DNA of 64,000 nucleotides, taken from assembly GCA_012729785.1 (NCBI GenBank), contig JAAYCL010000036.1:59174-123173 (forward strand), read 5' to 3'. The DNA comes from Chlamydiota bacterium (GTDB taxonomy: Bacteria; Auribacterota; Tritonobacteria; UBA1439). Position 1 is the stretch's first letter. Each line of letters begins with the position of its first letter. The translations under genes were made by a program, and so were the position numbers. The notes below the pieces were generated by a model, which saw nothing but the letters and a program-made list of their open reading frames with translations, was not told the origin of the DNA and did not search any database. Positions 57,095 to 64,000 of this stretch are shown here, in pieces.

Positions 57095-58744
57095 ATGAAC
57101 GCGAACAAGCGGCTCTACTCGATCAGCCCCTCCGGGGCTAAATTCCCGCTGCCCCGTCCGGAGGAGTACCCCAGGGAGTTCGCCCGGGTGAAGAAACTCG
57201 CCGCGGCCCACCGAAAGGAGAAGCGGGAGGTCGTGGTGGTGATGGGGGTCGGGTTCGTCGGCGCCGTGATGGCGGCGATCGTCGCGGACAGCAGGGGGAA
57301 GGGCGGCAGGCCGTCGAAGTTCGTGATCGGGATGCAGCGCCCGAGCGTCCGCTCCTACTGGAAGATACCGCTCCTCAACCGCGGCGTCCCCCCGGTGGAG
57401 GCGGAGGACCCCGAGGTGGCGCGGATCATCCGCCGCTGCGTCCTCGAGACGAAGACCCTTGTCGCGACCTGGGTCTACGACGTGCTCTCCCTCGCCGACG
57501 TGGTCGTCGTGGACGTCCAGTGCGACTACGCCAAGTACGCCCTCGGCGACGTGCGCAAGGGGTGGGCCGACATCGCCGCCCTCGAGGAGTCGCTGGAGAT
57601 CATCGCCCGGCATATCCGGCCGGAGACGCTGGTCCTCATCGAGACGACCGTGCCCCCCGGGACGACCGAGCAGGTGGCGTACCCGATCATGCGGAAAACG
57701 TTCCGGAAGCGCGGCATCGCCTCCGATCCGCTCCTCGCCCACAGCTACGAGCGGGTGATGCCGGGGAAGGAGTACGTCGCCAGCATCCGCGACTTCTGGC
57801 GCGTCTGCAGCGGGATCAATCCCCGGGCCCGGGAACGGGTGGTGCGGTTCTTGAACGAAATCCTGAACACGAAGCGGTACCCGCTCACCGTCCTGGACCG
57901 TCCGATCGAGTCGGAGACCGCGAAGATCGTCGAGAACAGCTACCGCGCCGCCTGCCTCGCGTTCCTCGACGAGTGGAGTCTCTTCGCCGAGCGGAACGGC
58001 GTGGACCTGGTCAAGGTGATCAACGCGATCAAGGTGCGCCCCACGCACTCCAACATCATCTTCCCGGGCCCCGGCATCGGCGGCTACTGCCTGCCGAAGG
58101 ACGGCGGGCTCGGGATGTGGGCCTACCGGCATATCCTGGGCTTCGAGGACGAGATCTTCAAGATCACCCCGCTCGCCATCGACATCAACGACACGCGAGG
58201 CCTCCATGCGGCCCAGATCACGCGGGACGCCCTGCGGAACATGAACCGCCCGGTCGCCGCGGCGGAGATCCTGCTCCTCGGCGCCTCGTATCGCGAGGAC
58301 GTCGGCGACACCCGCTACAGCGGGTCCGAGATCATTGCGCGGCGCCTCTCGGAGATGGGGGCGGAGATCAGGGTCCATGACCCGTACGTGCGGTCGTGGC
58401 CGGAGCTGGAGAAGCAGGAGTCGTACCCCGGGAAGGGGCACGGGAAGAAGGGGTTCTTCCGCGGGCAAAACCGGCTCGCGGAGGTGCGGGTCTGCAGCGA
58501 CCTCGAGAAGGGGCTCTCCGGCGCGGACGCGGTGATCTTCGCCGTCCGGCACGCGCCGTATCTGCGCCTCGATCCCGACGAGGTGGTCCGCATGATCGGG
58601 GGGGCCGCCGCGATCATCGACTGCTTCGGCATGCTCGACGACGCGAAGATCAAGCGGTACTTCGAGCTCGGCTGCGAGGTGAAGGGGCTGGGGCGCGGGC
58701 ATATCCAGCGGATCAAGGACGAGGTGCGGAGGGAGCGGCGGTAG
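57095..58744 (+). CDS. Nucleotide-sugar dehydrogenase (UDP-glucose/GDP-mannose dehydrogenase family), long form
   Basis: Rossmann motif VVVVMGVGFVGAVMAAIVA and the catalytic GGYCLPKD region. 549 aa, with a roughly 45-aa basic N-terminal extension before the first beta-strand. Confidence 0.85.
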   Translation: MNANKRLYSISPSGAKFPLPRPEEYPREFARVKKLAAAHRKEKREVVVVMGVGFVGAVMAAIVADSRGKGGRPSKFVIGMQRPSVRSYWKIPLLNRGVPPVEAEDPEVARIIRRCVLETKTLVATWVYDVLSLADVVVVDVQCDYAKYALGDVRKGWADIAALEESLEIIARHIRPETLVLIETTVPPGTTEQVAYPIMRKTFRKRGIASDPLLAHSYERVMPGKEYVASIRDFWRVCSGINPRARERVVRFLNEILNTKRYPLTVLDRPIESETAKIVENSYRAACLAFLDEWSLFAERNGVDLVKVINAIKVRPTHSNIIFPGPGIGGYCLPKDGGLGMWAYRHILGFEDEIFKITPLAIDINDTRGLHAAQITRDALRNMNRPVAAAEILLLGASYREDVGDTRYSGSEIIARRLSEMGAEIRVHDPYVRSWPELEKQESYPGKGHGKKGFFRGQNRLAEVRVCSDLEKGLSGADAVIFAVRHAPYLRLDPDEVVRMIGGAAAIIDCFGMLDDAKIKRYFELGCEVKGLGRGHIQRIKDEVRRERR

Positions 58745-58754
58745 GCTTGCGAAG

Positions 58755-59693
58755 TCAGCGACCGGGGTGCGGCGGCGGGGCAGCCGTCTTCCCGCAGACC
58801 TCCCGCGCGACGAAGCGCGCCAGGGAGCCGCAGATGCTCTGCGCCACGTCGTCGGGAACCCCCTCCGGCGTTCTCGATTTGAACCGCATGTCGCACTGGT
58901 CGTTGACATAGTCGACCGAGACCCACCGCATCGAATCGGTCAGGGCGATCTCGGTCGAGAAGAAGTTCAACCGCGCGATCGCGCGGATCTCGCGCGTGAT
59001 CGCCTCCATCCTCCCCAGCCCCCATCGCGCCGCCTCGTCCGTCGTCACCCGTTCGTAGATGTGCCGTTGCGGGTCCCACCAGCAGAGCAGGGTGTCACCC
59101 CCGGCGTAGTAGGCGCGGAACCAGGCCTTCCTCCCCTCGATGAGCCTCGGGACGATATTCTCCTGGACGAGGATCCGGTCGTGCCTGAACTCCATCCGCG
59201 CCGCCTGCACCTCCGCGAGGGAACGCGCGCCCACCAGGACCCCGAGGCCGCCGCCTCCGTGCGCGGGCTTGACGATGAACGGAACCCCCAGCTCCCCGAG
59301 GACGGGGAGCGCCTCCGCGGGGTCGTCGTCCCTGAAGACCGGCAGGATGATTGTGCGGGGGACGTCGATGCCGCGGATCGAGAACTCGTGGTGCATCGCG
59401 GCCTTGTCGATCGCCCGCTCGACGTCGGGGAGCGGGTTCACGCAGAGCGTCTCCGTGTTTCCGAGCGCGGCGGCGAGCGGGACGAAAGCGGGGTTCGTGT
59501 CGGAGGCGCGGTCGAAGAACGCCCTAAAGGCGAGCTCCCCCGAGGCCACCGCGCGCTCGATCTCGGCGAGGCTCCCGGGATCCACGACGCAGGTGGAGAG
59601 GCCGCACCCCAGGCAGTTCCGGCGGAGGAGGGCGATGAAATCCTTGTCGTACTTCCATTCCCAGGCGATGCAGATATCGAGTGTCGTGGTCAT
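58755..59693 (-). CDS. ATP-grasp domain protein (RimK/glutathione-synthetase-like fold), function unknown
   Basis: PFIVKPAHGGGGLGVLVGARS (ATP-grasp glycine-rich loop and Lys) and a downstream acidic Mg-binding region. 312 aa. Confidence 0.6.
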   Translation of the reverse strand: MTTTLDICIAWEWKYDKDFIALLRRNCLGCGLSTCVVDPGSLAEIERAVASGELAFRAFFDRASDTNPAFVPLAAALGNTETLCVNPLPDVERAIDKAAMHHEFSIRGIDVPRTIILPVFRDDDPAEALPVLGELGVPFIVKPAHGGGGLGVLVGARSLAEVQAARMEFRHDRILVQENIVPRLIEGRKAWFRAYYAGGDTLLCWWDPQRHIYERVTTDEAARWGLGRMEAITREIRAIARLNFFSTEIALTDSMRWVSVDYVNDQCDMRFKSRTPEGVPDDVAQSICGSLARFVAREVCGKTAAPPPHPGR

Positions 59694-59733
59694 CGCGTGT
59701 AGCGGCTGCGGGGCGGGGGCGCGCCCTCGGGAG

Positions 59734-60636
59734 TCAGGTGGCGTCGCGTGTCCCCAGCGTGTTGAGTGTTTCGATCTCGCGGGGGCTCAGATACGAGCGG
59801 GCCTCCGGCGCGAGGGGGCGGCCTGTCTCCCTCACCCGGCGGACGAGGTCGCGGTAGACGGCGGTGAGGCCGATCTCGCAGTTGTACGAATTCCCGGCCC
59901 TCAAGAGGATCCCCTTCTTGTAGTGCCTGACCGCCTCCTCGATGCGGCCGCTCTGGAAGCAGCAGCGCCCGAGGTAGGCGTAGGCGAGGGCGAGCTTGAA
60001 ATCTTTGTGCTTGCTCCTGAGGAGCGAAAGATTCTCCTCCATGAAACGCGCCACCGGCTGCAGGAGATCGATCGCCTTGTCGTAATCCCCCTTCCGGTCC
60101 GCGTAGTGTGTCGCCTTGTCGAACGCCCTGAGGAACCAGCCGTACCGGTCGTTGAAGACGCGCAGGAACCTCTCCGGCGGGAGGGGGAAGATCCTCCCCG
60201 CCCCGTCGGGCGCCGGGGCGGTCGGGGCGCCGCAGTCGGGACACGCCTCGGCGGCACGGTCCGCGAGCGTCCCGCACGAAGGGCAGACCATCCGGGCGTC
60301 CGAGACGGGATCCGCCTGCATCCGCTCCGCCGACTCCGTCTCCTCGTGCAGGAGGAGGTGGATCCGGCCCTGTATCCCCTCGAGGTAGTCGGGGCCCTCC
60401 TCCGCCGTCCGGGGGGGCGCCTCGTGCGGGGGTGCCGTCTTCTCGGGCAAGGCGGGGAGGGCGAGCTCGAGCTCGTCGAGTCTCCTCCGAAAGTCGTCAA
60501 GCTCCTTCCCCAGCGCCTCGACCCGCTCCCTGAACTCCGCGAGGCGGGCAAGACAGGCGCGCCGCGCCCCCTGCGCCTCCGGTGCCGCGGAGGCGGATTC
60601 CCCGTCGCCGCGCGCGCGCTGCCTGTCAATCTCCAT
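59734..60636 (-). CDS. Hypothetical protein with N-terminal coiled coil, a CPxCG...CPDCG zinc ribbon and a C-terminal TPR-like domain
   Basis: MVCPSCGTLADRAAEACPDCG is a C4 zinc ribbon. The C-terminus (LALAYAYLGRCCFQSGRIEEAVRHYKKGILL) is TPR-like. It is codirectional with, and lies between, the beta-propeller and ATP-grasp genes. Confidence 0.4.
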   Translation of the reverse strand: MEIDRQRARGDGESASAAPEAQGARRACLARLAEFRERVEALGKELDDFRRRLDELELALPALPEKTAPPHEAPPRTAEEGPDYLEGIQGRIHLLLHEETESAERMQADPVSDARMVCPSCGTLADRAAEACPDCGAPTAPAPDGAGRIFPLPPERFLRVFNDRYGWFLRAFDKATHYADRKGDYDKAIDLLQPVARFMEENLSLLRSKHKDFKLALAYAYLGRCCFQSGRIEEAVRHYKKGILLRAGNSYNCEIGLTAVYRDLVRRVRETGRPLAPEARSYLSPREIETLNTLGTRDAT

Positions 60637-60699
60637 GGGACCCCCTCCGGGCGCGGCCGTGTTTGAAGGATGCGCCGCGTCGCCGGACGGCCGCGGCCG

Positions 60700-62277
60700 T
60701 TACTGTACGATGACCTGCGCCTGGGCGTAGTACTGGTACACCGCGTTCTCGATCGCCGGCCGCGCGCCCTTGGGCACGAACCCCGCGGTCACCGTGTAGG
60801 TTCCCGATATCCCCCGCGGGATCCGGGGGAGCGAAAAGAGGGTGCCCTCGTAGGCGAAATCGAGGCCGTACATCTTCCTGGCCATCGGCCGTATCCCGGA
60901 AACGAGCTCCATCGGCCGGCCGAGGACGAACGAGTAGGTCCCCGCGGGGCCGGAGATGACGCCGTACGCGTCGACGATGAAGCCGAGCGGCTGGATCTGC
61001 ACGCGGACGCTGAACGGCTCCCCTGCGCTGGCCGAGTGGCTGCTGAGGAAAAGGCGGAAACGCGGCGTCGGCACGGGCGTCGGCGACGGGGAGGGGGTCG
61101 GGGTGGGCGAGGGGCCGAACGTGGGCGTGGGCGGCGGAGGGCCGCCGCCGAAGACGTATAGGCACCTGTCGAGGGAACCGACGCTCACCCTGCTGTCGGC
61201 CCAGATCACGGGGGAGGAGGAGACGGCGTCGGAGGCCTTGTAGCTCCACGCGAGGACGCCGGAGGAGGCGATCGCGTAGATGAACGCCCCGTCGCAGCCG
61301 AAGTAGACCATGCCGTCCGAGGAGAGGGCGGGGGAGGAGTTGATCTCGAGGGAGGCGGTGTACGACCAGCGCAGGGCCCCCTTCGAGTCGAGCGCGTAGA
61401 GGATCTTGTCCTTCGACCCGATCCAGATATCCCCCGAGGCGGCGATCGCGGGCGAGGAGTCCACGAGCCCGGCGGTCTGGTAGCTCCAGGAGAAGCCGCC
61501 CGAGGAGGAGACCGAATAGACCCGGTGATCGTGCGCCCCGAAGACCAGGCTGCCGTCGGGCGCGATCGCGGGGGAGGAGTTGATGCCGCCGTACTCGGAG
61601 CTGAAGGACCAGACGAGGGTCCCGACGCTGTTGAGCGCGTAGAAGACGCTGATGGCGGCGCCGTAGTGGATCGTGCCGTCGGAGGAGATCGCCGGGGAGG
61701 AGTGCACCGCGCCGCTGGAGTAGTAGCTCCAGAGGAATGTCCCGGTGGAGGAGAACGCGTACAGGTTCATGTCGTCGCTGCCGAGCGCGATGAGGCCGTC
61801 GTCGGAGATGGCCGGGGAACTCGAGACCGGATCCGCAGCCTGGTAGCTCCAGATGAAGGCGCCGCTTTTCGTCAGGGCGAGGATCCGGGCGCTCTCCGAA
61901 CCGACGACGATCGAGCCGTCATCGGCGATCGCCGGAGAGGAGGCGACCTTGTCCCCGCACTGGTAGCTCCAGAGGAATGCGCCGGCCGGGGTGAAGGAGT
62001 AGAGGCGCGTGTCATCCGACCCCACGTAGAGCTCGCCGTCCGTGCCGAGCGCGACGGAGGAAACGATCCCTTCGCCCGCCTGGTAGCTCCAGGAGAGCGT
62101 TCCGTTGAGCGTCCCCTGGCGGCCGCTGAGGCCGGTGCGCCGCGCATCGCGGCGGAACATCGGCCACTCAGAGGCGGCGGGCTGCGCGCTGCAGGCGGAG
62201 CTTATGAGGAACGGGAGGGCGGTGACGACAGCGGCGACAAGCGCGGGAGCGACGGCAGCGCGCGGCCTCATAGGCAT
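60700..62277 (-). CDS. Secreted PQQ-like beta-propeller repeat protein (BamB/YVTN-type repeats) with a Pro/Thr linker and a C-terminal domain
   Basis: Signal peptide. Eight tandem repeats of about 40 aa, each with LWSYQ...SSPAI..DG.I..GS.D..LYA. A PPPPTPTFGPSPTPTPSPSPTPVPTP linker. A roughly 110-aa C-terminal domain. A GGAGGA RBS lies 6 nt before the ATG. Confidence 0.7.
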   Translation of the reverse strand: MPMRPRAAVAPALVAAVVTALPFLISSACSAQPAASEWPMFRRDARRTGLSGRQGTLNGTLSWSYQAGEGIVSSVALGTDGELYVGSDDTRLYSFTPAGAFLWSYQCGDKVASSPAIADDGSIVVGSESARILALTKSGAFIWSYQAADPVSSSPAISDDGLIALGSDDMNLYAFSSTGTFLWSYYSSGAVHSSPAISSDGTIHYGAAISVFYALNSVGTLVWSFSSEYGGINSSPAIAPDGSLVFGAHDHRVYSVSSSGGFSWSYQTAGLVDSSPAIAASGDIWIGSKDKILYALDSKGALRWSYTASLEINSSPALSSDGMVYFGCDGAFIYAIASSGVLAWSYKASDAVSSSPVIWADSRVSVGSLDRCLYVFGGGPPPPTPTFGPSPTPTPSPSPTPVPTPRFRLFLSSHSASAGEPFSVRVQIQPLGFIVDAYGVISGPAGTYSFVLGRPMELVSGIRPMARKMYGLDFAYEGTLFSLPRIPRGISGTYTVTAGFVPKGARPAIENAVYQYYAQAQVIVQ

Positions 62278-62376
62278 CCTCCCCTGTGGGCGACGCTATG
62301 AGCATAGCACAGCCGCCCCCCCGCACGGAAGGGGGAAGCGCCGCCCTCTGTCCGCGTTCCGTCCTCGCGAATCGGG

Positions 62377-62404
62377 CCGCGGAGCGGCTCACCGCCCTCC
62401 GCGG
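62377..62404 (-). other. GC-rich stem-loop (8-bp stem CCGCGGAG/CTCCGCGG, 12-nt loop) between the PLP-enzyme and beta-propeller genes
   Basis: A perfect inverted repeat 40-67 nt downstream of the PLP-enzyme stop on the - strand. There is no U-tract, so it is not a canonical intrinsic terminator. It may be an attenuator, a processing site or an mRNA stabiliser. Confidence 0.3.
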
Positions 62405-62443
62405 CCTCTCGTTGCCGCAGCGTGCGGACAACCGTCACGCCGG

Positions 62444-63928
62444 TCAGAGCTTCTTGAGCAGCCCGGTCCGCTCGTTGAACTCCGTGATCAACGCGTCGAT
62501 CTCGTCCGCCTGGCCCTGGATCCGGTCCCAGTAGGCCGGGTAGTCGTACCACTGGGCGTTGAGCTCCTTGAGCTCGCGCCCCTGCTGCTCGATCCAGGTG
62601 TAGTACTTCAGGTTGTGGACGCGCTTGCGGTCCCAGTACCCGAGCTCGGCCATCCGGTCCGTCGTGACAGCCATCAGACAGCGGTGGTAGTCGCGCGCCG
62701 CGTCGAGCTCGGTGTAGGCCCCGAACTGCTCGCGGTACTCCGTGACGCGGCTCCCGTAGAGTTCCATCGAGTCGGTGAGGACCGTCAAGACGACGTCGTG
62801 GGCCCCGAGCTCGTACCATTTTGCGAACTTGATGGCGGAGAGGATGTTGCCGACGCCCGAGATCCCGATCAGGTCGAGGCGGTCGATGCACGCCTTCGAC
62901 ACCCCCTGCTTTTTGAGGTACTCGCGGCCGGACGGCTCGTTGAAGAGCCGGATGACGTTCACGCAGTCGTTGTCGTCGGCGGCGATGATCATGTCGGTGT
63001 TCCGCATGTTGTGGATCCAGGGGACGTGCTTGTCGCCGATCCCCTCGATCCGGTGCCCGCCGAAGCCGTTGAGGAGGAGCGTCGGGCACTGCCACGCTTC
63101 GCCGGCGGCGATCTTGCTGGTCGGGAAGCGCTTCTTGAGGTAGTCGCCGGCGGCGATCGTCCCGGCGGATCCGGTCGTGAGGACAACGCCCGCATACCGG
63201 TCGCCGTTCCGCATCTCCTTCTTCAGCACCTCCTCCATCGCGTGGCCGGTGACCTCGTAGTGCCAGAGGTGGTTGCCGAACTCGTCGAACTGATTGAAGA
63301 TGACGATATCGTCCTTGCGCGTCCTGCGCAGCTCCCAGCACTTGTCGTAGATCTCCTTGACGTTCGACTCGCCGCCGGGCGTGGCGATGACCTCGCCGGC
63401 GACCTGCTTCAGCCACTCGAAGCGTTCCTTGCTCATCTCCTCGGGGAGGATGGCGATCGACTCGCAGGCGAGGAGATGGGAGTCGTAGGCCCCGCCGCGG
63501 CAGTAGTTGCCGGTGGAGGGCCAGACGGCCTTCTGGGCGGTCGGGTCGAACTGCCCGGTGACGAGGCGCGGGACGAGGCAGCCGAAGCTCGCCCCGACCT
63601 TGTGCGCCCCGGTCGGGAACCATTTGCCCACGAGGCAGATGATGCGCGCCTCCGTCCCGGTGAGCTCCTTCGGGAGCTCGAGGTGGTTGACGCCGCCGTA
63701 GAGGCCGCCGTTCGCGACCGGTTCGTTTTTCCAGGTGATCCGGAAGAGGTTGACGGAGTCGAAGTCCCAGAGGCCGGTCTTCTTCAGGCGCGCCTTGATC
63801 TTGGCGGGGACGCGCGACGGGTCTTTCTGCTCCTTGAAGGTCGGGATGATGATGTTGCGCTCCCTGCAGCGCTGGACCGCCTTCTCCAGCTTCTTCTTGT
63901 CGACCTTCAGGTCAATCATGCCGATCAT
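62444..63928 (-). CDS. Fold-type II PLP-dependent enzyme of the cysteine synthase (CysK/CysM) family, with a roughly 110-aa N-terminal and roughly 80-aa C-terminal extension
   Basis: Colinear with CysK. The PLP-lysine region FPTGAHKVGASFG corresponds to SFSVKCR. The glycine loop is VLTTGSAGTIAAG. The substrate loop is IEGIGDKHVP. The C-terminal ISGVGNILSAIKFAK resembles ISSGAAVAAALK. GGAGGGG RBS. Confidence 0.7.
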   Translation of the reverse strand: MIGMIDLKVDKKKLEKAVQRCRERNIIIPTFKEQKDPSRVPAKIKARLKKTGLWDFDSVNLFRITWKNEPVANGGLYGGVNHLELPKELTGTEARIICLVGKWFPTGAHKVGASFGCLVPRLVTGQFDPTAQKAVWPSTGNYCRGGAYDSHLLACESIAILPEEMSKERFEWLKQVAGEVIATPGGESNVKEIYDKCWELRRTRKDDIVIFNQFDEFGNHLWHYEVTGHAMEEVLKKEMRNGDRYAGVVLTTGSAGTIAAGDYLKKRFPTSKIAAGEAWQCPTLLLNGFGGHRIEGIGDKHVPWIHNMRNTDMIIAADDNDCVNVIRLFNEPSGREYLKKQGVSKACIDRLDLIGISGVGNILSAIKFAKWYELGAHDVVLTVLTDSMELYGSRVTEYREQFGAYTELDAARDYHRCLMAVTTDRMAELGYWDRKRVHNLKYYTWIEQQGRELKELNAQWYDYPAYWDRIQGQADEIDALITEFNERTGLLKKL

Positions 63929-64000
63929 CTCGCCCCTCCGTGTAATGGTGACCGCCCGCCCCTTCTGCGGGGAGGACGCGAAAGCTGATATTAGCACAGG

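Noticed and set aside
62105-63988. 627-aa + strand ORF opposite the CysK-like and beta-propeller genes
   Set aside because: Antisense to a well-supported PLP-enzyme frame. The product is Arg/Gly/Pro-rich, with no motifs and no RBS.
1-64000. Search for CRISPR arrays, transposases, integrases, phage genes and rRNA
   Set aside because: No regularly spaced direct repeats, no inverted terminal repeats flanking a transposase-like ORF, no integrase or recombinase motifs and no rRNA-like stretches were seen. The only tRNA (34409-34481) has no adjacent integrase or att-like repeat.

Overview
High-GC (~70%) bacterial chromosomal segment, almost entirely coding, with nearly all genes on the + strand from 4.9 kb to 58.7 kb. 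Many neighbouring genes overlap by 4 nt (ATGA or GTGA), which suggests translational coupling. I see no rRNA, CRISPR array, transposase or integrase. One tRNA-Gly is present at about 34.4 kb.

Gene content, left to right:
- pstA (5' partial) and pstB, then trxB on the - strand.
- An ArnT/PMT_2-like GT-C glycosyltransferase, then a short lower-GC spacer with a divergent promoter.
- A HAD hydrolase, dcd, a hypothetical secreted protein, a NUDIX hydrolase, thiD and a flippase-like membrane protein.
- A complete dTDP-rhamnose operon (rfbCABD) and radC.
- A roughly 11 kb glycan-assembly locus: a Trm112-like small protein, GT4, AsnB-type amidotransferase, GT4, SAM methyltransferase, PMT_2-like GT-C, WecA-type phospho-sugar transferase, a radical SAM enzyme, and a Wzy_C/O-antigen-ligase-TPR fusion.
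- A run of housekeeping genes fused onto the same gene array: aroQ, pepP, accB, accC, an Asp23/AmaP-like protein, pfkA, gmhA, hldC, thiE, thiC, a PfkB kinase, tRNA-Gly, a VOC-family protein, gatC, gatA, gatB, accD, folC, nagA and glmS.
- A sensor histidine kinase plus a sigma54 (NtrC-type) response regulator, followed by a PAP2 phosphatase, two tandem nucleotide-pyrophosphatase-like alkaline-phosphatase-superfamily paralogs (one membrane-anchored, one lipoprotein), a small ribbon-helix-helix protein, a hypothetical membrane protein, cysD, cysN (no APS kinase), a third, cytoplasmic, paralog of that family, and an atypically long nucleotide-sugar dehydrogenase.
- A - strand block: an ATP-grasp protein, a zinc-ribbon/TPR protein, a secreted PQQ-like beta-propeller with a Pro/Thr linker, and an extended CysK-family PLP enzyme.

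Candidates for undescribed systems:
- The radical-SAM-containing glycan locus.
- The sigma54-linked PAP2 / triple alkaline-phosphatase-family / CysDN-without-CysC module.
- The - strand CysK-like / beta-propeller / zinc-ribbon / ATP-grasp operon.

Many long ORFs on the opposite strand of real genes are GC-driven artefacts and were rejected.
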